A stretch of DNA of 60,967 bases, filler included. It is 10 parts of 10 records of this genome, joined end to end, with 100 filler letters (N's around TTAATTAATTAA, not from the genome) between each part and the next. Parts side by side here need not be neighbours in the genome. Positions count along the whole stretch, not along the records: positions 44,607 to 54,094 come from SRR7504441_5358; positions 54,195 to 60,967 come from SRR7504441_5359; 8 more parts are not named here. One strand, written 5' to 3'. This document shows positions 50,601 to 60,967 of the stretch, one piece after another (position 1 is the first letter of the stretch; every line of letters begins with the position of its first letter). The notes beneath the pieces were generated by a model. That model saw nothing but the letters and a program-made list of their open reading frames with translations. It had not been told where the DNA came from and did no database searches. A program made the position numbers and the translations under genes.

Positions 50601-51744
50601 TGGCCAAGAGGTCTGTAGTCGAGCAGAAAGAGCTGGCGCTGACCCAAAAGGCTTATATGGTCAAGAACGCTCGTCTGACCAAGGCCAACCTAGCCGGAAG
50701 AAGTGCGAGAGAAATCGCACGCACTGAGCAGGCCAGCATTGAGGCGCAGAACCGGGCAAATATGAAGCGCAATGCAGCCTCTGGCGAACAGCGCAACGCA
50801 AAGGAGCGAACGCTCGAAGCCCAGCGGCGGTATGGCAAGCAGGCTTCCAACGCCGACAACCGGGTGAGGTGTTGGCTGGGTGCTGGCTGAGTATGGTGTG
50901 TTTGCAGGTGAACGAGGCGCAACTGAAGGTGGTGAAGAGCGATGAAACTGCGATGGTGTCCAAGGCAGAGGCTACTCACGAGCAGTTCAAGGCAGCCCAG
51001 GAGGAGTCCAAGCTGATGGCGGTTGAGCATAAAGTCGCCCAGGAGGAGGGTGCCTTACAAGCCGAGAAGCGCCGGGAGCAGCAGCTGCTTGATCAGCAGG
51101 GACGCGTGAGCGCTAGCTGGGTCAATAAGCTGCAGGGCAAGAAGTATTTACAGTCTAATACAACCGCTCAGCTTGAGAGCGAGAGGCAGGCGCTAAGAGA
51201 GCGGGAGGATAGTGAGCATGAGACAAACAAGCAGCTTGAGGCTACTCGGGAGCAAATGCTGGCGCTGAAGGACGCGGCGTTCAACCAGGAGCTCCTTGCG
51301 GCCGAGAAGAAGAAACGCGCCGATCTTCGAGCAGAGCAGGAGCTGCAGACACAGGAGGATATGACTGAAAAGATCAAATACCGGAGCCGTGATCATTTCG
51401 ACATGGCTACTCGGGAGATGAGTAAGCGCATGACTGCGCTCAAGGCTGCGCTTGGGCACCAGGCGATACGGTCGCAACTGGAGACAAAGCTGGACGGGAT
51501 CCATCAGGATCACGGGCTGAAAATGCAGATGCTTCACATCGAGGCACTGCAGCCTCTAGCGGAGGCCAAGCGTAAGCACATGGAGGAGAGGATAGAAGAA
51601 TACGAACAGAAGATCGCAGACACACAGAAGCATACGGCTTGGGCGAGGAGCGAGGCGGCCAAGTACAAGCAGGACATGTTTGATATCGTAGACAAGAACG
51701 GCGATGACATGATCGACAGGGACGAGTTTACAAAGCCCTCATAA
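44696..51744 (+). CDS. Very large secreted protein: ricin-B-like lectin domains, long A/K/E/Q coiled coil, C-terminal EF-hand
   Basis: Signal peptide WSLLGVAVLAVLLSGSEG; CL and QLW..GQI repeats; over 5 kb of helical sequence; DKNGDDMIDRDEF. Exon joins partly inferred. Confidence 0.65.
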
Positions 51745-52186
51745 TTATGCATAATTACTTGTATAGTATGTAACTGATTGGTGTGCTACGTCGATTACAA
51801 TGCGATTGCTATTACGAGTATACTAAGACTTAGTACTGGTATACGTATCATTATCCCCAAAGTGAAATCAGCTACTACAAGCTGGTAAAATTTAATCTCG
51901 ATTTTATTAGCTCAATGGTACATTTTTGAGACCCAAAAATGCAATAGACGAAGCTTTGATGAACGTTAGATGAACGTGTACGTGTACACCATTCATTTGA
52001 TGAGGTCAGACTCTGTAACCGCTAACTGAAACAACGGACTATTGTAACGTTGTAACTAGTCGGAGTCCTCGATCTCCGGCCGGGGATCGAAAACCAATGA
52101 AAAACGCACCATAGGAATTTAGATCTTATTCAGATCTGTATCCGCGATCAGAGGTTGACGTTGGGATCCAGATCTGTTACCACGCA

Positions 52187-53956
52187 ATGAATGCTCAGAA
52201 TGCGGCCGCGGGTCGGCCCGGGCTCCGCGAGGCCGAGCAGCACAAGCAGAACATGCACCGGCGCTACCTGCTCGAGCAGGGTCGGAAGGGGTGACCTGCC
52301 CCCCGGGCCGGCCTGAGGGCTGGCGGTTTGTTCCGAGGGTTTCCACAACGCCTTTAACCATAATCCCCTCGTACTCTTCCCTAAGTTCGCTACAGGTTCC
52401 GGCTGTGCCTGCTGGTGCGGTGGCACGGTACAATGCTGCCCATTCTGCTCTCGACCCCTGTGATGTGGGTCTCGATGGCCCTATTCATCGGCTGCTCAAT
52501 CCTGCGGGAGGACGCCATCGTCGACCATACCAAGGTGCTCGGGCAGGCGATCGGCTTCGTGCTAGTGTTCTACGTCGGACACAACTTCAACCGGGCCCAG
52601 CAGCAGTACCAGAACACCATGGAGTGCGTTAACAGCATCACCTCCACAGCCATGTGTGTCCGGCACCAAATCCGAGGCCGGTGCGAACCTGTATCCATCC
52701 GGTACCTGAACGCCGCTCTCCTGCTGGGATTCATGGACATGTCCGAGTGCCTCCCGTGGGAGACTGTGCGCGAGGTTCTGACCACGTACCAGCTGCTCAC
52801 GGAGGAGGAGATGGCGAAACTGAGCGAGTTGGGCCTGCTCAGGGCGCCCTGCGGAGCCGCTGCTTTCGAAGTGATCAACTGGGCGATGGCAGATGTCAAA
52901 CGATGCGAATTTGACCGGCCTGAGGCCGATGGCCCGGTGGCGGGCACCTGGACTGTGTCTGGGATCCTCGGCCGCATGTGTGGGCTACAGAACAGGCTGG
53001 CCGCAATGCACGGGCTGGCTATGCAGCCCGTGCCGTTTGTTTACGTGCATCTTCTTTATTCGCTGCTCTGGCTCTATTTGCCACTTTCGGCCGTGACGTG
53101 GGGCCTCAATTCGGATTCTAGTGACTATGGGATCAACGAGCCTCTTAGTTTTGCTGTTGGCCTCCTGACGGTCATTGTTAACAATGTATTCTTCATATGC
53201 CTGGCCACTGTAGGCCAGCAGCTGGGTGAGCCCTTTGGCAATGATCTGCTTGACTTCCAGGTCCTGCGGTATGTGAAGCAGTGCATATGGCTGAGCGCTC
53301 AAGTGGTGATGAAGCGCGACCAGACCGTCGAGGATCACTCTTTAGCGTGGACTCAAATGGTCCACCAAGATGTCTTCGGCGATCACGGCGCCTGGCCGAG
53401 TCACGAACAGCTCCAGGAGACGCTTAACGAGCAGTATGAGCTCAGGCAGAGCCCATACAGTCGTCTGCGACAGAAAAACAGTCTGCAGACAGCATCAAAT
53501 CCGTTCGAGATGGGTAGCAGCATTGAAGTCCCGATCACTAGAGACTGGGTAGGTGACGTCACTCCCCAGAAGAAAGACAGCTGCGCCGAGTTGAATAAAG
53601 GCATCGGCAAAGGTTCCCCGAGCTGGCATGCTGAGCGCCTCCCGCTGGTCAAGCAACTGTTGTTTCTTATGGATCTTGACCGGGATGGAACTGTGACCGG
53701 CGCTGAGCTATGCCGGTACTGGTCGGCCGTGACCGGGAAGCCGATCGACTCAGTGGCCGATATTGAGGACCCAGCGATTGCCCGGCTGGCTGGACAGGGA
53801 ATGGAGGAGATGGAGGCGATGATGGTGCTGAGAATGGATCCAGAGACGCTTCGGCGGCAGCTCGATGTGCTTGCCAAGGACCACCCGGCCGACGACGAGT
53901 ACCGCCGTTGGCTGGTGAACCGCAGCTCGGTAGACGCTCCCACGACTCCCGGCTGA
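52187..53956 (+). CDS. Bestrophin-family anion channel with C-terminal EF-hand
   Basis: GFVLVFYV..NR, QPVPFVYVHL, LGEPFGNDLLDF; MDLDRDGTVTGAEL. One ~100-nt intron near the 5' end. Confidence 0.82.
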
Positions 53957-54094
53957 TGATTCTCCAACTGGCCCAAAAATAAAGTTGCTCTAAACAGGTC
54001 TGGTGGCCTATAGTCGATCGGTTCGACCCTTTGGGGTGTCCGGAATTGTGGTGCTCGGATTGGACTGCGAGCACAGCTCGGTCGTGGCCGAGCA

Positions 54095-54194
54095 NNNNNN
54101 NNNNNNNNNNNNNNNNNNNNNNNNNNNNNNNNNNNNNNTTAATTAATTAANNNNNNNNNNNNNNNNNNNNNNNNNNNNNNNNNNNNNNNNNNNN
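54095..54194. other. Artificial contig spacer
   Basis: N44-TTAATTAATTAA-N44. Confidence 0.98.
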
Positions 54195-55444
54195 AGAAAC
54201 GCCTCCCGCACCGGCCCGAACAGCACGTCGCCCGCGTTGGTTAGCCCCCCCGAGAGCACAATTACCTGCCGCTCGCTCAGCCACACCGAGCCTAATCAGT
54301 GGCCTCGGGGTCGTATGTGCGGCACAGGTTGATGCACAGCACTCCAAGCACCTCATGCGCTTTGCTCAACTGCCCGCACGCTGAGCCCCGCCGACGGCTG
54401 CTCACCACGGCCGTCGCCAGCGCGTCTCCGGCCGCCGCTGCCTCGTATACCGATCTCGCGTCGACAGGCTGCGAAAGCTTCTCCAACCTGTGGATCCCGC
54501 TCAGCACGTCTAGCCGCACTGCGCACGGGGTCTGCGGGTGGTCTGGGTTGGCTGCCCGCCACTCGGCCAGCAGTCGGTTGGCGCGGCGGGCGATCCCTCC
54601 ACACGACGCGTACTCCTCAGCCACGCCTCTCACGCCCGTCCCGCTGTTCAGATCCCCGCCGATCTCCTGCCGGCCGGCTGAGCCGCGCCCGCGGACCCGT
54701 CCCACCACAATCATGTGCCCCACCTCACCGGCCAGCCCATTGCACCCGCGGAGCACTCGGCCATCCACCATTGCCCCTCCGCCGATCCCTCGCGCCCCCG
54801 TCAGCGCGGCCGGCAGGCAGCGCACCTGAGCCGAGGGTGAGCATCACAACGTGCGACAGCCCCCGCGCCGCCCCGTGGCACACCTGCGCCCGCTCCGCCC
54901 CCGCCGCCCGGCCGGGTGCACCTCCCCGAGCAAGGCGGCCTCGGCGTCGCCCACGAGCACCACAGGCAGCCCTTTCATAGCCTGCCCCCACTGCCGCCCG
55001 GCCGGCCAGCCCGGCACCTCCGATATCCGCGCCGTGATCGGGGCGGCTTCCCAATCGAAGTTGGCCGCCTTGCGCACAACCCCCTGCCGCCGGCTCAGCC
55101 CAGGTTCGTCCTGGGGGTGCCTGGGCCAGGTCCAAGCTCCCTGGGGCCCCAATGCCCATGCAGAGCACCCGGCCGGTGCACCCATCGGCCCGGGCCTGGG
55201 CTACCACTCGCTCGGCCAGCCCGGCCACCTGCAGGAGCTGAGCCCCGCGGCTGCCGGGGGCGCCTGCAGACAGACGGGTTCGAAGCCCCAGTCGGCGATC
55301 CTATCGGACAGCTTGGCCAGCATCCGGCCAGACAGGTCGAAAAGCCCGACCTGGCACCCGGCTGTGACGCCCCCCCAGGCTGCGGCGCACCCCGATGGTG
55401 GTGGCACCGAGGTCCACTCCGATGGCCACGTCACAGTCCGACAT
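54195..55444 (-). CDS. ROK-family sugar kinase (3' partial), nine introns
   Basis: Spliced product: IGVDLGATTI, GIGAPG, AANFDW, GDAEAALLGE, LTLGSGIGGG, AGEVGHM, EEYAS, YDPEVIVLSGG. Confidence 0.88.
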
Positions 55445-55574
55445 GGAGAGCTTTGGTGGTTAGGGTGGGAGGTTGATGAGAGGGGTCGGTATTGGGGCAA
55501 ATGGTTATTAAAGGCTGACGCGCGGTCACAAATCGCGGTGTGGTGCTCTAGCGGGTGCTGGTTTATTCGACCGA

Positions 55575-56405
55575 TCAGTTATCGTGGTATTTAGCAACCG
55601 ACGAGCCCTCGCGAGCGCCACCTCCGCCCCGGGAGCCACTGGTCCGGCCGACGGAGAGGATCATGGCGCCCCAGTAGAAGTTGAGGATGGTCTGCAGCAC
55701 CATGAGCACAACGTCCATGTAGACTGTGAATCCATACGGCTGCGCGCAGGGCGCGGCAAGCATAGAGTCTACATTGGAGTAGATCGCGTAGAAGTGTACC
55801 ACAGTCCGTGCCCCGACCGCCCCGCAACGGACAATCAGGAAGGTGAGCCCGAACACCCAGCTGATCGCCCGGAACTGGAAGCTGTCCCGGATCGGGACGC
55901 CGAGCGGCTTGTAGTACGCGAGCATCATCTGCCGCGGCTTGAGGAACATGGTGCTGGCCTCGCAAAAGAGCATGACCACCATCATGTGGGTCATGTACCC
56001 CATCTCGGACACCGTCACGATCGAAGAGAGCATGATCAGCCCATGCCCGACTAGCAGCCAGCCACCCTTCTCCAGGTTGCGGAACGAGTCCAGCAGCTCC
56101 CACAGACCGAAGCCGGTACTAAACTGCAGGATGGCCGCCGCGTCAAACCAGCCGGACGGGTCCGTGGGCGGCAGGTAGCACGGGTCCCAGTCCTTGGAGC
56201 CGTCCATCCCGTAGCCTTGCTCGTGGAAGAAACCCACGACCCGGAAAGTGGCCAAAAGCGAATGGATCCATATACAGGTGCAGGCCGAGAGCAGTTCGGG
56301 ATCGACCCCGTCTTTGCCCCGGACCAGCCAGCCGAAAACCCGCTCGAGCCCAAGGTTGAGCCCCAGCCAGCCCGAGGCCTGAAGCAGCACGGCGCTCCCT
56401 AGCAT
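55575..56405 (-). CDS. TLC (TRAM/LAG1/CLN8) domain membrane protein
   Basis: IHSLLA, FSTGFGLWEL, LLVGHG, CEASTMFL, FGLTFLIVR, LNFYW. Intronless; an upstream in-frame ATG at 56546 is also possible. Confidence 0.78.
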   Translation of the reverse strand: MLGSAVLLQASGWLGLNLGLERVFGWLVRGKDGVDPELLSACTCIWIHSLLATFRVVGFFHEQGYGMDGSKDWDPCYLPPTDPSGWFDAAAILQFSTGFGLWELLDSFRNLEKGGWLLVGHGLIMLSSIVTVSEMGYMTHMMVVMLFCEASTMFLKPRQMMLAYYKPLGVPIRDSFQFRAISWVFGLTFLIVRCGAVGARTVVHFYAIYSNVDSMLAAPCAQPYGFTVYMDVVLMVLQTILNFYWGAMILSVGRTSGSRGGGGAREGSSVAKYHDN

Positions 56406-56548
56406 GCTGATTCCTCCGGCGCAGCAAACGGCTTGCAACGGATTCTTGTGAACGTCCACAAAACGCCTCTGAAAGTGCTGAACAGCCAGTCTGACAGCTG
56501 CAGTTCTGACCCGGCCGCGATCGAACAGCTGGCAAAACCATGTCATCC

Positions 56549-58405
56549 ATGTTCGAGGCTCCGTTCCTGCAGGCCCGGCCCGGTGCGCCCCGCCGGTAGC
56601 CCCGCCAGCCGCGGCGGCCAGGTGTCAACCACTGCGCGCTCACCCCGCTCAGCTTCCTCGACCGGTCGGCGGAGGTCTACCCGGACCGGACGGCGGTAGT
56701 CTACAACGGGCTCACCCGGAGCTGGCGCCAGTTCCAGGGCCGCTGCCGCGGGCTGGCCTCGGCCTTGAGCCAGTCGGTGGGCGTCCGGCCCGGGGAGGTG
56801 GTCGCCATCATGGCGCCCAACCTGCCGCACACCCTGGAAGCGCATTTTGGGGTCCCCGCCGCCGGGGCCGTGCTCTGCGCGCTCAACACCCGGCTGGACG
56901 CGGCCGCGATTGCGCACCAGCTGGAGCACAGCGAGGCGCGGGTGCTGATCGTAGACCGGGCGCTCGCGGCCACTTGCAAGGCGGCACTCGAGCTGTGCAA
57001 ATCGGGCCGGCGGCCGCTGGTGGTTGACATCCATGACCCGAACTACACCGGACCGGGCGAGCCGATCGGCGCCATGGAGTATGAGCAGCTCCTGGCCCGG
57101 GGGGACGCCAGCTGGGTGCCGCCGCCCGTGGTGGACGAGTTTGGCGCGATTGCTCTCGGGTGCGTGCGTGGTGTTGGCTCAGTGCGAGCGGGCGAGGCAG
57201 GTACACGTCTGGCACCACCTCCTCGCCCAAGGGCTGCGTGACGCACCACCGGGGGTCGTACCTGCAGGCGCTGGACACAGTAGTCTTCTGGGGGATGCCC
57301 AGGCACTCTGTGTTCCTGTGGACCTCTCCTATGTTCCATTGCAACGGGTGGCATTTCCCGTGGACGATCGCCGCGCTCGCCGGCACACACATCTGCCTGC
57401 GCGACGTGGTGCCGGGCAAGATCTTCCGGTCGATCAACCAGCACGGCGTCACCCACCTCGGCGGCGCTCCGACCGTGCTCACTATGCTCGTGAACGCACC
57501 CGACAAGGAACCGCTCACACACAAAGTCGATCTGCTCACCGCCGGGGCCCCGCCGCCACCCGCGGTGCTGACCGGGGTCGAGCAGCTCGGGTTCCGGGTG
57601 CTCCAGATGTATGGACTCTCCGAGACGTTTGGGCAGGCATCAGCCGTGCGCGGTCGCGCCGAGGGCCGGGCAGGTGCTCGTCAGCGAGTGGAAGGACGAG
57701 TACGACAGCCTCGGGGACGAGGAACGGGCCAAGCTCAAGGCCCGGCAGGGCGTGGCGGTGCCGATGCTCAGCGGCGAGTGCCTGGTCGGAGACAGCGAGA
57801 GCGGCAAGCCCGTGCCTGCAGACGGGAGTACTATGGGAGAGATCCTGATCAGGTGCTCGCTCCGGAGGCGAGCTGACCGGCCGGCAGAGGGAACCTGGTG
57901 ATGAAGGGGTACCTGAAGAACGAGAAGGAGACCGAGAAGGCCTTTGCGGGCGGCTGGTTTCACTCGGGAGACCTGGCTGTGCTCAACCCCGACCAGTGTG
58001 TCAGCTGCTTGTGTATTGGTGTGACCGGCTCGGGGCAGGTACATTCAGATCAAAGACCGGTCGAAGGACGTGATCATCAGCGGCGGCGAGAACATCTCGA
58101 CTGTGGAGGTCGAGCAAGCCGTGTACGGGCACCCGGCCGTGATGGAGGCGGCGGTCGTGGCGATGCCGCATCCAAAGTGGCAGGAAGTGCCGTGTGCGTT
58201 CATCACTCTGAAGGCTGAGCACCAGTCGGCTGACCCGACCAAACTGGCCGCTGAGATCATCGAGTTTGCGAAGGGCAAGCTGGCCAAGTTCAAGGTGCCA
58301 AAGCAAGTCGTGTTCCAACCGCTGCCCAAGACTTCGACAGGCAAGATCCAAAAGTTTGTGCTGCGCGATCAGGCGAGGGCGATGGCGGCCAAGGCTAAGC
58401 TGTGA
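56549..58405 (+). CDS. Peroxisomal acyl-CoA synthetase (AAE7/ACN1-like acyl-activating enzyme)
   Basis: [68 protein letters not shown]-terminal AKL (PTS1). Five 35-43 nt introns. Confidence 0.9.
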
Positions 58406-58694
58406 GTCAAGCACGGGCGTGAGAATTCATACGTTGCCGCACGAGCAACTTTTCTTGTTGGCACCAAGGTTACAAGCACCAAGCGCCGGACTTCAGGAGT
58501 AAAAGTAGCGAATGTACACGAAGTAGAACCGTCAATGTCATGGCATTGCATGACATTGTAAGTACTTATTCGTAATTTAGCCAATAAACCGTTAATGATT
58601 ATTCTAGTGCAGAGATTCAATACACCTCATGTGAGCACCGTACGTAGTGTACATGGCGCATGAGCCGGTCGTGTGCAGTAAAATAACGGCAATC

Positions 58695-60524
58695 ATGCGA
58701 GTGCTCGGGATGACGCCCCTTGCGCTCGTCCTCTTCTCTGCGCTTGCCGCCGACGCCCTGCGCTTCGGCCGCTCTTTTGGGTCCCATATGGTGCTGAAAG
58801 GAGCTCCATCTCAGGCTGTCCTCTGGGGGTGGGCGGCGCCGGGCACACTGGTCACTGTGACGCTCGAGGCCGAGGGCCAGCCCCGGGCGGCCGGCCGGCC
58901 CGCATTACAGAACACGACCAGCAGCGACGGTATGTGGAGGGTCCATTTGCCGGCTGTATCGGCGGGCCCCACGCCTTACGGCATTACGGTCCGCGCTGGC
59001 TCAGACGCGTCAGTTGCGCTGACTGACGTGCTGTTCGGTGAAGTTTGGCTGATCGGCGGCCAGTCCAACGCCGAATATACAGTCGGGGGGTTCCCTGCGG
59101 CCCCCGGGTCTCAGGACTCTGTAACCAATGCGACAGCGGAGATCGCAGCCGCAGCCGGATTCCCGCTAGTCCGTGTCATGACAGTGGGCCAGCTGTTCGA
59201 GTCGCCGGATGTCCCGATGCCTGACCTGGGCTGGGTCGAGCAGCCGTGGGCGGTGGCCTCCCCCGAGTCTATCGGCGGTGGCTGGCCGGGGCACTTCTCC
59301 GCAGTGGGCTGGTTCTTTGCTCGGGACTTGAACCTGGCTCTGGGGCACGATCGCGTCCCTGTGGGCATCATTTCAGCAAATTGGGGGGCCACTGCTGTCA
59401 AGACGTGGGCTCCCGTGGCGGCTTTGGCACACTGCTCAGAGAACGCTACGACCAATCGCACCCACCGTCCTCCGTACTACACATGCCAAGCACCAGGGGT
59501 CGTGGGCAACAACACAGTTGGCTCCCCCTGTGCCTCCAACGCAGACTGCTGTTCAGGGCTGACCCGGTGTAATCCTGCTGACCGCGCAAAGTCCACTAGG
59601 GGCACCTGCGACTCCTCGAACCCTTCGAATGCTGCAGCCTCGCTCTTCAACTCGATGATCCACCCGCTGACGAAGACTGTGCTCAGCGGTGTAATCTTCT
59701 ACCAAGGTGAGGCTGATGCTCTCAAGCCGGGGCTGGCGCCGCTCTATTCGTGCGCCTTCCCAGCCATGATTCGAGCCTGGAGGGACGCCTGGAGCCGTGG
59801 TACCGACGGACAGATAGGTGGCACGCCGGACTCATTTCCTTTTGGGTTTGTCCAGATTTCGGTCTGGGGTCCGCCCACACCACCTGGAGCCGGCAACGAC
59901 CCTAATGGTGCCAACGTCGCCACGGTGAGATTCGCACAGTCGGCAAACTATGGTTATGTACCCAACCCAGCGATGCCAGCGACCTTCATGGCTACGGCAA
60001 TTGACCTGGGCTCGTACCAGGGCGGGTGTGGCCGAGATACATTTCCTTCGTTGTGCATTCATCCTGGGTACAAGCAAGAAGTGGGAGCGCGCTTAGTGCG
60101 TGGGGCTCTCAACGTAGCTTATGGGCGAAAAGCTGTCTACTTCTCCGGCCCCGTCTTTGATCGAGCCACCCTCGTTCCTGGAAGCCGTACTGACCCGGCG
60201 ATGGTCGCCTCTGCAGTGCGAGTCACCTTTAGGGCAAGCGGCAGCAGCGGCATCGAAGTGCGCACAAGGACTGGTTTCGAAGTCTCTGCGGACAATAAGA
60301 GCTGGGTGCCAGCGCGGGTAATGAATGGCAACGTGGCGGCCTCGAATTCGGTCTTCTTGGGAGCAATGGCACCGGCGCTTTCCTGGCCCGCCAAGCCTGC
60401 CTTTATCCGATATTTGTGGAGCACAGCTCCTTGTGACCACCCGCGCAACGAGGTTGGCAACTGCAGCGTTTATTCTCGGGCAGAGGGCCTGCCCGCGACG
60501 CCTTTCTTTGGCAGTATTCAGTGA
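58695..60524 (+). CDS. Secreted sialate O-acetylesterase-like SGNH hydrolase
   Basis: Signal peptide; [55 protein letters not shown]. Intronless. Confidence 0.88.
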   Translation: MRVLGMTPLALVLFSALAADALRFGRSFGSHMVLKGAPSQAVLWGWAAPGTLVTVTLEAEGQPRAAGRPALQNTTSSDGMWRVHLPAVSAGPTPYGITVRAGSDASVALTDVLFGEVWLIGGQSNAEYTVGGFPAAPGSQDSVTNATAEIAAAAGFPLVRVMTVGQLFESPDVPMPDLGWVEQPWAVASPESIGGGWPGHFSAVGWFFARDLNLALGHDRVPVGIISANWGATAVKTWAPVAALAHCSENATTNRTHRPPYYTCQAPGVVGNNTVGSPCASNADCCSGLTRCNPADRAKSTRGTCDSSNPSNAAASLFNSMIHPLTKTVLSGVIFYQGEADALKPGLAPLYSCAFPAMIRAWRDAWSRGTDGQIGGTPDSFPFGFVQISVWGPPTPPGAGNDPNGANVATVRFAQSANYGYVPNPAMPATFMATAIDLGSYQGGCGRDTFPSLCIHPGYKQEVGARLVRGALNVAYGRKAVYFSGPVFDRATLVPGSRTDPAMVASAVRVTFRASGSSGIEVRTRTGFEVSADNKSWVPARVMNGNVAASNSVFLGAMAPALSWPAKPAFIRYLWSTAPCDHPRNEVGNCSVYSRAEGLPATPFFGSIQ

Positions 60525-60715
60525 GCCGGTGGAAGTCGGCGGCCATTGATTATCAAAGGTGAGACACCTTACCCTGGTTCCTTTTATACAATCATTAGAT
60601 CTACATGATTGTAGGCAGCACGGCACGGTTCTTCTCATGCATTCACAATTTCACATTCTTATTGAACCAGTAATACTAGAAGTAATGCGGTTTATTGTCA
60701 CCATAATTGAAAACT

Positions 60716-60967
60716 CTAGGCCCACGAGCCGGGATGAAACAGCGTGGCTTCTCGGGACATCTCAAAGCTCGCGCATAGTTGTGGCTTCTGTGCACTGTTG
60801 GTTTGCTCCATCACCTGCCTTTGAATGTGCTTGTAAAACGAATCCTCGCCCAAGATCGGCCGCCCTTGATCGGATTTCCAGCTCTCGAGTAGCGCCTTGG
60901 TCAGGTTCCCAACAGTTTCGCCGTCCAGTGATGACATCTTGCTCTCTTGCTTGTCAGTACATCCGCT
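60716..60967 (-). CDS. Metacaspase/caspase-fold protein C-terminus (partial)
   Basis: SGCTDKQES..GNLTKALL..QKPQLCAS resembles the p10 pattern SGCxDxQTS..GAxT..QxPQL. Confidence 0.6.
   Translation of the reverse strand, partial: SGCTDKQESKMSSLDGETVGNLTKALLESWKSDQGRPILGEDSFYKHIQRQVMEQTNSAQKPQLCASFEMSREATLFHPGSWA

Noticed and set aside
3263-54194. Nine identical TTAATTAATTAA palindromes at intervals
   Set aside because: Each is flanked by 44 Ns; it is a contig-joining linker, not a repeat or CRISPR array.
56544-56551. Divergent ATGs only 2 nt apart (TLC ORF 56546, acyl-CoA synthetase 56549)
   Set aside because: The TLC N-terminal extension looks like open 5' UTR; ATG 56405 is the more plausible start.
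56549-58405. Acyl-CoA synthetase as the DMSP-pathway ligase DmdB
   Set aside because: The family is broad and substrate cannot be read from motifs; a peroxisomal short-chain acyl-CoA ligase is the simpler call.
54195-60524. ROK kinase and sialate O-acetylesterase as a sialic-acid gene cluster
   Set aside because: They are separated by unrelated genes, no lyase or epimerase is visible, and ROK specificity is unknown.
1-60967. Alternative genetic code to explain fragmented ORFs
   Set aside because: The breaks I traced are resolved by short introns, and TAA, TAG and TGA all act as stops. Only the TGR UGA has SECIS support.

Overview
This window is not one chromosome segment. It is ten short contigs of a GC-rich microbial eukaryote joined by artificial 100-nt spacers (N44-TTAATTAATTAA-N44), so adjacency across spacers means nothing. 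Genes are tightly packed, often as divergent pairs 60-230 bp apart. Many are split by tiny spliceosomal introns, mostly 35-46 nt and often exactly 40, with frequent GC donors, a recurring GCT(G/C)AG branch-like motif and G-rich 3' ends. Genes recognisable by motif: GTPBP2, thioredoxin-glutathione reductase, a FYVE-PDZ-TBC RabGAP, LIN54/tesmin, GH27, GH29, a USP24/34-like protease, PTPA, bestrophin, a ROK kinase, a TLC protein, a peroxisomal acyl-CoA synthetase, a sialate O-acetylesterase and a metacaspase tail. Best leads: (1) a Grx-TrxR selenoprotein with an atypical C-terminal CxxU-VE centre, supported by a clean SECIS and a hairpin just after the UGA; (2) a kinesin fused to an alpha/beta-hydrolase that is split by RING and YEATS-like domains; (3) an NRPS-like adenylation-carrier-ankyrin protein with a CCCH zinc finger inside the A domain; (4) a single-pass receptor with a cytoplasmic TIR domain; (5) the unusual splicing signals, including two sequence-similar GC-AG introns. 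All domain calls come from reading motifs by eye; no database searches were run, and the lineage cannot be assigned from this window.
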